Source of the DNA: Candidatus Poribacteria bacterium
GTDB lineage: Bacteria; Poribacteria; WGA-4E; PCPOR2b
Direction: 5' to 3'
DNA: 64,000 bases
Assembly (NCBI GenBank): GCA_965116925.1
Contig: OZ220744.1
Coordinates: 4,672,001 to 4,736,000 of the forward strand
Translations under genes and position numbers: made by a program
The notes under the pieces: model-generated
Databases searched by the model: none
What the model saw: only the letters and a program-made list of their open reading frames with translations
Told to the model about the DNA's origin: nothing
Shown: positions 18,222 to 28,484 of the stretch, in pieces
Layout of the letters: the number at the start of each line of letters is the position of its first letter
Position numbering within the stretch: the first letter of the stretch is position 1

Positions 18222-20597
18222 TCAGGGGTTGGGGGTGAGCGTCAATGTGTGGGCAGTTGGTCCTTGTAGGAAAGGTAGAGGTTCTCCTTTCAACCAGTAG
18301 CTGAACTGGTCCTTGTAGTTTTCTGATAAAGGATGCCCCGATTGACCGCCAGGTATGTGTAGAATTCCATCTGCTTCGCGCCCCGGGGAGATAACCATGC
18401 GTTCAGATGCGTACGGGGAACGAACGCAAAGACCGTCTCCCGGCAGCGGATCTTGAGGCATATTCAATATCTTGCCTAGCACAGGAATAAACCCAAGCGG
18501 ATGTGAGATTTGAGTTGTATGAATGCTGCCCCAGGTCAATTGGTCTAACGAATCAAAATTGTGTTCACTAAGCAGCTGTTCAATAGATTTTTCTAATTTC
18601 GCGAGGATGAACTTCTCCCAGTCTGGATAATTCACTGGATCTGGAAGCGTTTCTGCGATCTTTTCTCTCAGCAGGGTACGAAGAGGAGGTTCCGTATTCC
18701 TCCAAGCGTATGAAAATTCCTCATCAGCCTCATGACAGAGGACTAAAAAGGGTTCAAGTACATCTTCAGCCAGAATGTCCCGAAACCGAACCAGAATTCC
18801 GAAAGCTACACTGTCCACCCCCGCTTTACCATCCCAAACTGCTATCTGTTTTTGTGCCTCTAGTAAGAGTGGCTCATTTGCAATCGCATCCTCCGTTAAG
18901 ACGGATAACGCTAGCTGTTGGTAAAACTCATAGAAGTGGATCACCGTATCCAGCTGGAGTTGAAACATATCCTGTTCTGTGACCTGATCCATTTCCTGCA
19001 ACCGCTTATTGATGCGATAAGCCCGATGGCTATTGGCGAAGTTGTAGCCGATGATATACGGATAGTCTTTACCAAGCGTCCGATCATTTGCAGTCGCTAT
19101 AAAACCCTCTGGTGGAGAAATCACACGTGGCAATTCAGATGGTGGAATATAACCCTCCCAACCAATGTCACCATTCGCCCAAGACTTGGCAGAAGATCCG
19201 TCAAATCCTTTTCGGATAGGGATTTTTCCACAGTATGTCCAAGCAATTTGTCCGGCGTCATCAGCCATAACCACATTCAGCGGCACACCGCGGAAGCGAT
19301 TCATGATGAATAGTGCATCTTCAACCGTCATTGCCTCATCCATATCAAGCAGCTCCATGCCAACTGCTTCGGGCTGTAGTGCTGTCCAATGGATGGCAAC
19401 TGGTTGACCCATCAACGGGGTTTGGCTGACAGGCCCCCATATTGTGAGCTTGACGGGTTGGATGATATACTTCCCTCCCTTAATTTCGATCCGTTCGTCG
19501 ATAACCTCAAACTGTTTCCAGCCATTTGGTGTCTTGTATTCATCTGGGTTTTCGGGATTAATTTCCAACCAGACAAGGTCGAGAAAATCCCCGCAGATAT
19601 AGGTGAATCCCCATGCTACATGACCGTTAGATCCGACAACCACAGCAGGGGTGCCCGGCAGAATAATACCCGAAATCTCAACGTTTTCGTAGCGGAGGGA
19701 TGCCCGATACCATGTATTGGGTATAGACAAACCGAGGTGCATATCGTTCGCTACAATCGCCCGACCATCTGCGGTCTTCGACTGGCCCACCACCCACCCG
19801 TTTGACCCGACGACGTGGTGCGTTGTGCGAATTAGCCGTTTTCCGCTTTGCTTGGGTGCACGGCGAATTGCAGCGAGTGCTTCGACAGGAATCGGCTGTA
19901 TTGGTCGATGGGAGTCTGTTCCGCCCAAGAGAGGTTGAGTATAGCTATCTGTATCAGGGGTGAAAAAAGTGACAACTTCCGGCGGGAGCGACTTTTCCAT
20001 GATAGTCATCATCCGCTCGTCATTTTCCCTGAAAGCTAACGATTGAAAAATATTCATGACGACGAGGAGGCTGTCTTCCACCGTCCAAGGTTCTGGCTGA
20101 TAACCCAGGAGGAGAAATTCAAAAGGTGCGGTATCCATTTGGCTGATAAAGGCATTCACCCCATCGGCGTATGCAACGAGGAGTTCCCGCTGTTCATTGG
20201 ATAGGTTGGCAACAATCGCTTGGGTCACACGGTAGAACCCAATAACTCTCTGTCGTTTATCGGTTTTTACCGCAATATCGCCGACGATTTCGGAGAGCCG
20301 TCCGGAGGCACGACGGCGTAGTAAATCCATTTGAAAGAGCCGATCTTGGGCGGTCACATATCCCAACGCCAGTGCGGCGTCCCTTCGCGTTGATGCAGTA
20401 ATTGTTGGAACCCCAAAGCGATCTGTAGTCACTGTGACCGGCAGGTATAGTTCTTTAATTTGCAATTCACCGTCGCGGATTGGCAGAGATGCCCGTAGTT
20501 TGATAATGCTGAAGATTCCTACACCTACTAGCACTAACAAAAGGATTAATAACAGGTAGAGAGTGGCTTTTAGAATTCGTTTTCTCTTACGAGCCAT
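18222..20597 (-). CDS. Penicillin acylase family Ntn hydrolase
   Basis: AQDRLFQMD, GSNGW nucleophile, ANDMHL, PGGQSG. Confidence 0.9.
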   Translation of the reverse strand: MARKRKRILKATLYLLLILLLVLVGVGIFSIIKLRASLPIRDGELQIKELYLPVTVTTDRFGVPTITASTRRDAALALGYVTAQDRLFQMDLLRRRASGRLSEIVGDIAVKTDKRQRVIGFYRVTQAIVANLSNEQRELLVAYADGVNAFISQMDTAPFEFLLLGYQPEPWTVEDSLLVVMNIFQSLAFRENDERMMTIMEKSLPPEVVTFFTPDTDSYTQPLLGGTDSHRPIQPIPVEALAAIRRAPKQSGKRLIRTTHHVVGSNGWVVGQSKTADGRAIVANDMHLGLSIPNTWYRASLRYENVEISGIILPGTPAVVVGSNGHVAWGFTYICGDFLDLVWLEINPENPDEYKTPNGWKQFEVIDERIEIKGGKYIIQPVKLTIWGPVSQTPLMGQPVAIHWTALQPEAVGMELLDMDEAMTVEDALFIMNRFRGVPLNVVMADDAGQIAWTYCGKIPIRKGFDGSSAKSWANGDIGWEGYIPPSELPRVISPPEGFIATANDRTLGKDYPYIIGYNFANSHRAYRINKRLQEMDQVTEQDMFQLQLDTVIHFYEFYQQLALSVLTEDAIANEPLLLEAQKQIAVWDGKAGVDSVAFGILVRFRDILAEDVLEPFLVLCHEADEEFSYAWRNTEPPLRTLLREKIAETLPDPVNYPDWEKFILAKLEKSIEQLLSEHNFDSLDQLTWGSIHTTQISHPLGFIPVLGKILNMPQDPLPGDGLCVRSPYASERMVISPGREADGILHIPGGQSGHPLSENYKDQFSYWLKGEPLPFLQGPTAHTLTLTPNP

Positions 20598-20656
20598 AGT
20601 GATAATCTCTCTATAATAGTAGGCATTATAGCCCTTATGATTGGTTAATCCTTTGC

Positions 20657-21160
20657 CTATATTCCCAGTCGTAACGCAACTGCAGCAAGCAGAATAAGCA
20701 GGGAAAACACACCGATAAGACTCGACACCACCGCCATCTGACCACGCATCTTGTCGACGTGTTCGGGCAGTTCCTCGGTACCCGGTTCCAGTTCCTCAAC
20801 AGCCCGCGCTAACCGCGGTGCCATGATGAAACCGTGAATTCCGGTCAGGATAATTAAAATAAGGACAAGGAGGAGTTTGATACCAAGCATCCGCATGAAA
20901 GGACCAATCAAATCTGGACTCGCCAACACACCAGCGGTAAAGATGTTAACCAGACCGGAGAAGATGAGAACGACCACACACGCCCACCCAATCGGTTCAA
21001 AACTTCTGCCGATCTGGGTCATGATTTTGATTCGTTCCACAGGAGGCATCGAGCGTTTGAAGTAAGGCACAATCACCATCGCTATCATAAAGTTACCACC
21101 AACCCAAATTGTGGCAGCAGTAACGTGTAACCATAAAACCAACATACCCAGTAATTCCAT
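20657..21160 (-). CDS. CopD/DUF4149-like membrane protein
   Basis: LHVTAATIWVGG motif, four TM helices. Confidence 0.65.
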   Translation of the reverse strand: MELLGMLVLWLHVTAATIWVGGNFMIAMVIVPYFKRSMPPVERIKIMTQIGRSFEPIGWACVVVLIFSGLVNIFTAGVLASPDLIGPFMRMLGIKLLLVLILIILTGIHGFIMAPRLARAVEELEPGTEELPEHVDKMRGQMAVVSSLIGVFSLLILLAAVALRLGI

Positions 21161-21193
21161 GAAATCTCCTTTCTTTTTGGAACTGTAGCGTTC

Positions 21194-22000
21194 CTAAATC
21201 TTTTCGATTGCATCCGCAGTTAGCCACCCTGAATTTTCATCGGGGAGATAGATTTTTACCCAATCGTTACGTTCCTCCTGAAGCTGAACCTTGGTGCCCT
21301 CATGTAGCGGTAGGGCAATTGTTTCGGACCCCACATCGGGTTCACTCCGCACAGTAACTTCGTTTGCAACGACGATAGCATACGGCAGGTTAATCTCTCG
21401 AATCTTCAAACCTAAAACCGATAAAGAGACAAGCCATGTAATACCCCCAATCAGGAGGACGTAACGCAACGCTCGTTGAAAAGGACGGTTCTGAGCGAAT
21501 TGGATCGCGATGAGACTAATGCTTGCGATCCAATACGGAATGAGCCCCGCCCAAACAATCTCATTTGGGTGTAGTGCACCATATAAAAGCGAAAAACCGG
21601 AGGGTGGCTTCACGAGGTCAAAGGAATCAACATTCCGTGCTTTGGCGACTTTGAGGTTGAAATTTGTATCTTTATCCCTTGGCATCAATCGCTTCGCACG
21701 CTCGTAGTTTAGAATAGCTTTTCCCCTATTCCCAAGACGAAAGTATGCGTTACCGAGATTATAATAAACGGCACCATTTTGGATTGAACCTGCAATCTGT
21801 TCATACTTTTCAGCCGCTTGTTGATACTGTCCTGCCTGATATAAAGCATCAGCACTCCGATAACTCGCCTCCAAAGTTGATTGCGATTGGGAATAGACGT
21901 GCTTCCATCCAGAAGAGAGACAGAGAAAGCAGATAAGAAACGTCAAACGTGAAACAAATTTTTTCTTATCTTCAATCCTTCCATTCTTCCATTCTTCCAT
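21194..22000 (-). CDS. batE: BatE-like TPR + SH3 protein
   Basis: YYNLGNAYFR TPR, two TM helices, LHEGTKV..W.KI...GW SH3; follows batD. Confidence 0.8.
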   Translation of the reverse strand: MEEWKNGRIEDKKKFVSRLTFLICFLCLSSGWKHVYSQSQSTLEASYRSADALYQAGQYQQAAEKYEQIAGSIQNGAVYYNLGNAYFRLGNRGKAILNYERAKRLMPRDKDTNFNLKVAKARNVDSFDLVKPPSGFSLLYGALHPNEIVWAGLIPYWIASISLIAIQFAQNRPFQRALRYVLLIGGITWLVSLSVLGLKIREINLPYAIVVANEVTVRSEPDVGSETIALPLHEGTKVQLQEERNDWVKIYLPDENSGWLTADAIEKI

Positions 22001-22037
22001 TCTTCCAATCTCCTTACTTCATTATACACAATACCGA

Positions 22038-23906
22038 TTATATCTTCAACTGACGTTCTTTCTCTATCTCGTTAATTGATGTTCTAGCACGATTGAGCGC
22101 ATCTTCCATATCTGTTGGATTTGTATCAACTGGGGCGAACCGCATATAGTCATACTGCACCAACGTATCAACAATTTGTGCTGTCGCAGATTCAGGGAAG
22201 CCCGCCTCCTCACATCGCTGACGTACCAGCTCAGGATTGAGTCCGCCGGGTGAAATATCGAAGATGTCTCCAATGTATTGATATAACCCATTGGCGAGCG
22301 TACCATAGAACGCTGCCGGTTCATCCGTGGTGTGCTTTTTAGCGTCCTCAATGATTTGCAGAGCGTTCTTGGCGGCATACTGCTCTCGAAGCTGTTTGGG
22401 ATCGCGCTTGGCTTGTCGCCGGCGATAGAACCATACAAACAGAACAACGGCGATAGGTAAGGTCTGGACACCCCAAAATGATATGCGCTTATAGGGCTGA
22501 AGGTGCTGATTCGATAATTTGAGCGAATCCGGCTTGATATATCGAATGTCCTGCTTGAGGAGGTGTATGTCGGATTGTGCCGTGTAGGAAGGTGTTGTTC
22601 CAATTGCCCCATTCGGATTAGGAACGACGTTAATAGTAATGGGCACAGTGCGTGCAACTTGGTAGCTCTCCGTTTGTGGCTCGAAATAAGGGTAGTCAAT
22701 CGCAGGAATTGTCCAATCCCCCTCTTTTGATGGAATAATAACATATTCATACGTCCGACTTCCCCGAACTTTTGAATCCACTACCCCAATGGCATCTGTA
22801 ATCTGGGGGTCATATATCGCCATATTGAGGAGTGTCGGAACGGTTGGGGCAGGCACAGTCTTAATATTCCCCGTCCCAGAAACCTGCACTCGCAGGGTGA
22901 ATCCATCTCCCGCTTCAATTGTCCCCCGGTCGGTTTGTGCATGAATACGATATTGACCAACGGTGCCTGCAAAGTTTGTCGGTTTTCCCTCCTGGGGGAG
23001 TGGACGAACATCGACTTCGACCGGGTTTGTGATAAGCGTGTTGGACGATTGGGGGCGCCCCCGTCTCGTAGAGAGCGGAAGTGACAACTTCGCCGGTTCA
23101 ATTGTGACCCCGCCAGCAGTAATTGGAAACAACCCAACCTGAATTTCCTCAATCCAGTAGAGGATTCCATCAATCATTTGTCGCTGAGCTCGTTTTCTTT
23201 CTAGCTCTGTTGTCCAAAACTGCCTCAAGGAAGGTGGTGTATATTTGGGACTATTGAAACTTGGGATGCGGGCAGTATAGAGATATCGAAAGGTATATAC
23301 GATCTGCTCATTCACATAAGGGCGTGAATTATCGACAGAGGCTTCAACCTTATGCGTGCTGCTCGAAAATGCGTCCATAAAAGTATCCTGCGTTGATTCG
23401 CTTTGGGAAGGTTTCTCAGATTTCGGTAACACCTTGACGGCGATCGGATCCGCTGTGTAGGTTTTGTTGCCGTGGGAGATCTGAATTTCGGACACCGTAA
23501 ATTGTCCCACCTGCTTAGGTCGCAACACGTAAGTCCAAGTTACTGACACAGAGATCTGATTACTGCTGAGATTATATTGGCTGGATGAACCGCCGTAAGA
23601 AACATTGAACTCCGGCAACGCCTTGAACTTTGGCGGTGCAATATTTCCCAGTTGCTGATCCGCAGAAATCGTTAGACGCAAAGTCGCTGTTTCGTTGAGG
23701 CTAATAATTTTTGGGGTGACATCGGCCGATACGGTGATGTCTTGGCTATAAGCAGCGTTGCTAAAAAGAACGGAAACCAAGAATCCAAAAAGCGCGAAAC
23801 GTAAGGTGTGAAACGTGAAACGTGAAACGTAAAATACAGAGGGATACCTAAACATCCGAGTCCCCGAACGTTTGAATGCTTTGTCCTGTACCTTCCCTAT
23901 TCCCAT
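22038..23906 (-). CDS. batD: BatD-family protein
   Basis: PYVNEQ, VRPLP..GKP..F.G.VG, SGTGN, YFEP motifs; start could be 23855. Confidence 0.85.
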   Translation of the reverse strand: MGIGKVQDKAFKRSGTRMFRYPSVFYVSRFTFHTLRFALFGFLVSVLFSNAAYSQDITVSADVTPKIISLNETATLRLTISADQQLGNIAPPKFKALPEFNVSYGGSSSQYNLSSNQISVSVTWTYVLRPKQVGQFTVSEIQISHGNKTYTADPIAVKVLPKSEKPSQSESTQDTFMDAFSSSTHKVEASVDNSRPYVNEQIVYTFRYLYTARIPSFNSPKYTPPSLRQFWTTELERKRAQRQMIDGILYWIEEIQVGLFPITAGGVTIEPAKLSLPLSTRRGRPQSSNTLITNPVEVDVRPLPQEGKPTNFAGTVGQYRIHAQTDRGTIEAGDGFTLRVQVSGTGNIKTVPAPTVPTLLNMAIYDPQITDAIGVVDSKVRGSRTYEYVIIPSKEGDWTIPAIDYPYFEPQTESYQVARTVPITINVVPNPNGAIGTTPSYTAQSDIHLLKQDIRYIKPDSLKLSNQHLQPYKRISFWGVQTLPIAVVLFVWFYRRRQAKRDPKQLREQYAAKNALQIIEDAKKHTTDEPAAFYGTLANGLYQYIGDIFDISPGGLNPELVRQRCEEAGFPESATAQIVDTLVQYDYMRFAPVDTNPTDMEDALNRARTSINEIEKERQLKI

Positions 23907-23921
23907 GTTCCGCTTTACCCC

Positions 23922-24731
23922 CTACCAATCCTTCTCAGATCGCTGGCGTCTTGAGAATCGCTTTTGTAATATCTTCTTCTGGATCTCTTTTTCATTATCC
24001 TTGACAGCCTCCAGTAGTCGAATGGCATCTTCCTCAGACATTTCAACCGGCTGCTGTGTTGATTCTTGTTCTGATTGCGGCGGTGATTCTTCGGAGGCGG
24101 CTTCTTGTTCAGATGATTCTTGATTCTGTTGCTGCTGTTCTGATTCTGACGAATTCTCCTGATCTTGCTGATCCGGTTCCTGTTCGTCTCTATCCTGTTG
24201 ATTTTGATTCTGCTGTTGCTGGTCCTGTTCTTGCTGGTCTTTGCCCTCATCCCCAGACTCAGATCGGTTCTGCTGTGATTTCTGTTCCAATTTCTCAAGT
24301 GCAAGTTCTAGGTTATGCTTCGCATCTAAATCTGCTGGATTCAGGCGCAACGCACTTTTATAGGATCGGATTGCTCCCTCTATATCATTGAGTTGGACTT
24401 GAGTGTTTCCCAAATTGTAGTATCCTTGCGCTTGATGGACTGGATCTGCGGCATCAAGTGACCGCCTGAATTCATCGGAGGCTTTCTCAAATTGCTTTTT
24501 TTGATACAAGGCTGTTCCTAGATTGTAACGGGAAATTGCATCTTCCGGTCGATCTTCTGCTGCTGATTGGTATGCCTCAAGCGCGGCATCATACGCCTCT
24601 GCTTTGTAGTGTGCATTTCCGCGCTTAATCGCCTGAGACCAACCCCCTATCCACCCAATCAGAAAGAAAGGTAAAACAAGGAGTAGGTAGTACACAGGAC
24701 GACTAGGAGATTGGGATGATTTTACACTCAT
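23922..24731 (-). CDS. batC: BatC-like TPR protein with Q/E-rich tail
   Basis: YNLG TPRs, AKHNLEL, MSEEDAIRLL...EKDW C-terminus. Confidence 0.8.
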   Translation of the reverse strand: MSVKSSQSPSRPVYYLLLVLPFFLIGWIGGWSQAIKRGNAHYKAEAYDAALEAYQSAAEDRPEDAISRYNLGTALYQKKQFEKASDEFRRSLDAADPVHQAQGYYNLGNTQVQLNDIEGAIRSYKSALRLNPADLDAKHNLELALEKLEQKSQQNRSESGDEGKDQQEQDQQQQNQNQQDRDEQEPDQQDQENSSESEQQQQNQESSEQEAASEESPPQSEQESTQQPVEMSEEDAIRLLEAVKDNEKEIQKKILQKRFSRRQRSEKDW

Positions 24732-24895
24732 TTTTTCTTTTCTCCATAACTATATTGCTTACTATATGAGACTTAGCAGACCAATGAACTAGCGATCCCA
24801 TAATGAATCTCTTACGCATCACGCATTACGTTTCACGTTCCGCATTCAGCCGAACAACCCAATAAATGGCAACTTGCCTCAAATTAGAGAGAATT

Positions 24896-26176
24896 TCACA
24901 GACTGTCTATAGTGTAGGCATCTAGCAATTTTTCATCAATCTCAACACCAAATCCGGGGCTGTCATCCAACGTGAAGAAGCCATCGCGGGGCGCAGGACG
25001 CAAGCAGCGATAGAGTTCATTCTCTGTAGATTTGCGTGAGGGACCAAAGGTTTCCGCCCGACACGGCATTGGCAAACAAGCAATCAGGTGCAACCCCCAA
25101 GGGGTTCCACCCTGATGGGGCCAAGTCGGAACCCCATGTGCTGCTGCCTCGTTGGCGATTTTGAGACACTCGCCGAATCCACCTGCCCAACTGATATCGG
25201 GTTGAATCATGTGGGCAGCTTTCCAGCGCAGCAGCTCACGAAATCCGTATCGGGTGAATTCGTGTTCGCCGGAGACAATCCAAGTGGAGTCGATCTCTCG
25301 AACCAATCGCGCCATACCCGCATAGTCGTCCAAGGGGATGGCTTCCTCAATCCATTTGAGATTGATATCGGCGGCAGCCTCCGCAAAACGAAGTGTGTAA
25401 TCCACGTCCCACCGCAGATAAATATCCGCCATCAGTTCAATATCGGGTCCAATCACCTGACGGGCTTCACGGATGATCTCAAGGTTCTTTGCAAAACCTT
25501 CCTCTCCCTCCGCGAGTCCGTTTCGGAGTCCCGGCTTGCAAGCGGTAAAACCTCGCGCCACGTAATAGCCGACATCCACGCCGGTGGCATATGCCGGTAT
25601 CTTGAGTTGTGGCTCATCTGTGATTAAGCTATAGACCGGTGCGTCCAGAATTTTGCCGCAGAGATCCCAAAGGGCAAGCTCAATACCACTGAGGGCATAA
25701 ATAACAACCCCCCGTCGTCCATAAATCGACGTGATGTGATAGAGGTTGTCCCAGATCTCCTCCACGTCAAGCGGATCACGCTCCAGCGTGAAATACTTCA
25801 TATGTCGGTCAATGATGAGTGCTCCGGCAAGGCCACCACCACCGAGCCCATAACCCTTCAGCCCTTTGTCGGTCGTAATTTCCACCATCAGTGCCCCCGC
25901 CTGTGTAGCAAAGGGGCCGCGCCAGTCTACATGGGCGTTTTTCGGTTCTGGTGGCATCTGGATTTGCCTACCAGCCTTGGAATACGCCATTGATGACATT
26001 GCAGTAGGATTCAGGTTAAGGTGCCAAGTCCGAATACCAACAATTTTGTGACGGGTTTTCGCTCGATCCTTCCATTCTGCGGCACGAGCCTGTGCTTCGG
26101 CGACGTAATCCGGTGGTTCGATTCTAATGCTTGCTTCATTCCCAGTATCTACAGAAGATTGCCGTTTGTTAGCCAT
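24896..26176 (-). CDS. Mandelate racemase/enolase-superfamily sugar-acid dehydratase (L-rhamnonate dehydratase-like)
   Basis: YGRRG, ALWDL.GK, LMAD, WIEE, SGEHEFT, QPD. Confidence 0.85.
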   Translation of the reverse strand: MANKRQSSVDTGNEASIRIEPPDYVAEAQARAAEWKDRAKTRHKIVGIRTWHLNLNPTAMSSMAYSKAGRQIQMPPEPKNAHVDWRGPFATQAGALMVEITTDKGLKGYGLGGGGLAGALIIDRHMKYFTLERDPLDVEEIWDNLYHITSIYGRRGVVIYALSGIELALWDLCGKILDAPVYSLITDEPQLKIPAYATGVDVGYYVARGFTACKPGLRNGLAEGEEGFAKNLEIIREARQVIGPDIELMADIYLRWDVDYTLRFAEAAADINLKWIEEAIPLDDYAGMARLVREIDSTWIVSGEHEFTRYGFRELLRWKAAHMIQPDISWAGGFGECLKIANEAAAHGVPTWPHQGGTPWGLHLIACLPMPCRAETFGPSRKSTENELYRCLRPAPRDGFFTLDDSPGFGVEIDEKLLDAYTIDSL

Positions 26177-26200
26177 AATCGTTACCCCTCTATTTATTAA

Positions 26201-26302
26201 TAGGACTTACACAGCGCGTTCATAAGTCCCCCTGGTAAGGGGGATTTAGGGGGTTAAAAATCAAAAATCTCCGCCCCGTGTGCTAAATTTGTGTAAGTCC
26301 TG
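26201..26302. mobile_element. MITE family A (102 bp)
   Basis: TAGGACTTACAC...GTGTAAGTCCTG with 6-bp TSD TATTAA. Confidence 0.85.
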
Positions 26303-26366
26303 TATTAATGCACATTATAACCATCACCAGATCCAACCTTTTCGACGAACTCTGAAACGCCCTTCA

Positions 26367-27269
26367 TCAAAATGATTCCCGCACCGCACGCTGCCGAAAG
26401 AAATGGATTAATGGTTCAACGTAAGACTGCTCCGTCCGAATTTCGATGTTGTCAATTTTGTTTGATTGGAAGAACTTTCGACGCGCTTCAACGACATCGA
26501 GATTGAGTCGTTGATACATCTCTCGTGCCTTGGGGTCCTGTGTATCTAAGACAACCACCTCACCGGTTTCTACGTCCTCAAGTTCAATCAGCCCCACATT
26601 TGGCAACGTTTCTTCCCGCATATCTTGGAGCGTAATCGCGATGAGGTCATGCCGTTTGCTCGTCACTTGTAACCGCTTCTCGTATCCACGATCCATGAAG
26701 TCGGAGATCAGGAACACAACACTCTTTCTCCGAATGACGCGGTCAACGTACTCTAACGCAGCACTGATGTTCGTCCCACGCTGCTGTGGCTCAAAGTATA
26801 AGATCTCCCGGATGACACGCAGGACATGCTTTATTCCCTTACGCGGTGGAACAAATAGCTCCACATCGTCCGTGAAGCAGATCAGCCCGACCTTATCACT
26901 GTTTTTGATAGCGGAAAAGGCGAGCAGCGCGGAGATCTCCGCAGCAATCTCGGCTTTTGTTCGCTGATATGTCCCAAAATCCGCAGAACCACTGGTATCA
27001 ACGAGCAGCATCATCACCAACTCGCGTTCCTCTACATATTTTTTGATATACGGTTGTCCCATCCGGGCGGTCACGTTCCAATCAATCGTGCGGATATCGT
27101 CGCCGGGCTGGTATTCACGCACTTCCTCAAATTCCATACCCCGCCCCTTGAATACGCTTTCGTATTCTCCGGCGAAGATGTTGTTGACAAGCCGGTTGGT
27201 GGAAATTTCGATTCGGCGGATCTTTTTCAGAATTTCTTTCGTGTTCATCAGGAACTTCCCATGCTCCAT
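26367..27269 (-). CDS. DUF58 (MoxR-associated vWA-like) protein
   Basis: GMEFEEVREYQPGDDIRTIDWNVTAR, DTSGS, ISDF. Confidence 0.92.
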   Translation of the reverse strand: MEHGKFLMNTKEILKKIRRIEISTNRLVNNIFAGEYESVFKGRGMEFEEVREYQPGDDIRTIDWNVTARMGQPYIKKYVEERELVMMLLVDTSGSADFGTYQRTKAEIAAEISALLAFSAIKNSDKVGLICFTDDVELFVPPRKGIKHVLRVIREILYFEPQQRGTNISAALEYVDRVIRRKSVVFLISDFMDRGYEKRLQVTSKRHDLIAITLQDMREETLPNVGLIELEDVETGEVVVLDTQDPKAREMYQRLNLDVVEARRKFFQSNKIDNIEIRTEQSYVEPLIHFFRQRAVRESF

Positions 27270-27464
27270 ACGTTGTGCTACTGCTCATTTTATCAAGATG
27301 GCACTATAGAATCAAACAAAAAAGTGAACCAAAAAGTGTTGAATTTTTGTCCTTTTGTTGATATTCTTATTGCCAAAAGCATTTTGCGCCGGTGTGAAAC
27401 TTTGGGTAATCTGGGTCTACCAAACGAACTCCGCATAGCGGAGCCTAATTGAAAGGAGCGGGAC

Positions 27465-28310
27465 ATGGACAAAGAGTGGCTAAAATACTGTGCTACTGAT
27501 GAACAACTTCAAACGTTTGACGATGAGGGCTACCTAATCGTTGAAAATGCCCTATCGTCAGAGATGGTTGACAAAATGACCATTGCTATTAATCGAATTG
27601 ATGCGGAGGAACGAAAGAGGCAAGGACTCGGACCACACGATCTGATGAAAAAGTTTCGTACCATTGCCGCGGATGATCTGTTTCTCGAATTACTTGATAA
27701 CCCGAAGGTATTTCCGTTGTTGTGGGATATCCTCGGCTGGAACATCCAACTCTACATTTCTCACTTAATCGTTTACCCACCGGAAGGACCCGATGTACCG
27801 CGAACCCAAAAAGGGGCGGGATGGCATCAGGATGGAGGCAGACCTGTGCAGGAGATGGAACGGCCACATCCACGGTTGTCTCTCAAGGTGAGTTATTGGT
27901 TCAGTGATGTGAGGGGACCGGATCGAGGCGCGATGCGAATTGTCCCCGGCAGCCACAAACTCGATGAACGCCCACCCCAAAGCGATCCGGAGGGCGATCC
28001 GGACGGTGCAATTGAGTTGCAGATTGAACCGGGGACAGCGGTGTTGTTTGATCGCCGGTTATGGCATTCCCGCGGTTGGAATTTTTCGGACGTAACACGG
28101 AAGGTCTTGTTCATCGGCTACAGTTATCGCTGGCTGCGCGGACTTGACTACAATGTGATGCCACCCGAACTCCTTGCTAAATGCGATCCGATTCGTCGGC
28201 AGCTACTTGGGGACGGGGTAGATATCAAAGGCTGGTGGCAGCCAACCGATGAAGATGTACCGTTGAAACAGTGGTTAATGGAGCATCGTGGAGAGGAGTA
28301 TGTGCGTTAG
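27465..28310 (+). CDS. PhyH-family dioxygenase
   Basis: WHQD, VPGSH, FDRRLWH. Confidence 0.9.
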   Translation: MDKEWLKYCATDEQLQTFDDEGYLIVENALSSEMVDKMTIAINRIDAEERKRQGLGPHDLMKKFRTIAADDLFLELLDNPKVFPLLWDILGWNIQLYISHLIVYPPEGPDVPRTQKGAGWHQDGGRPVQEMERPHPRLSLKVSYWFSDVRGPDRGAMRIVPGSHKLDERPPQSDPEGDPDGAIELQIEPGTAVLFDRRLWHSRGWNFSDVTRKVLFIGYSYRWLRGLDYNVMPPELLAKCDPIRRQLLGDGVDIKGWWQPTDEDVPLKQWLMEHRGEEYVR

Positions 28311-28333
28311 GAACTGCGGACAGAAAATTCAAA

Positions 28334-28367
28334 AAGGGGAGGCGGAGGTTTCGCTTCTCCTTTTTTG
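28334..28367 (+). terminator. Intrinsic terminator
   Basis: GGGGAGGCGGA-loop-TTCGCTTCTCC followed by T-tract. Confidence 0.6.
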
Positions 28368-28484
28368 TTGGCAACCTCCTGATGATGTGCTATTCTATTC
28401 GACTAATAGATGTGCACAGCATTCAAACACTAGTCCGTTATCGAAACAGGTATAATTACGAAATAGAACTTGAAACGACAAAAA

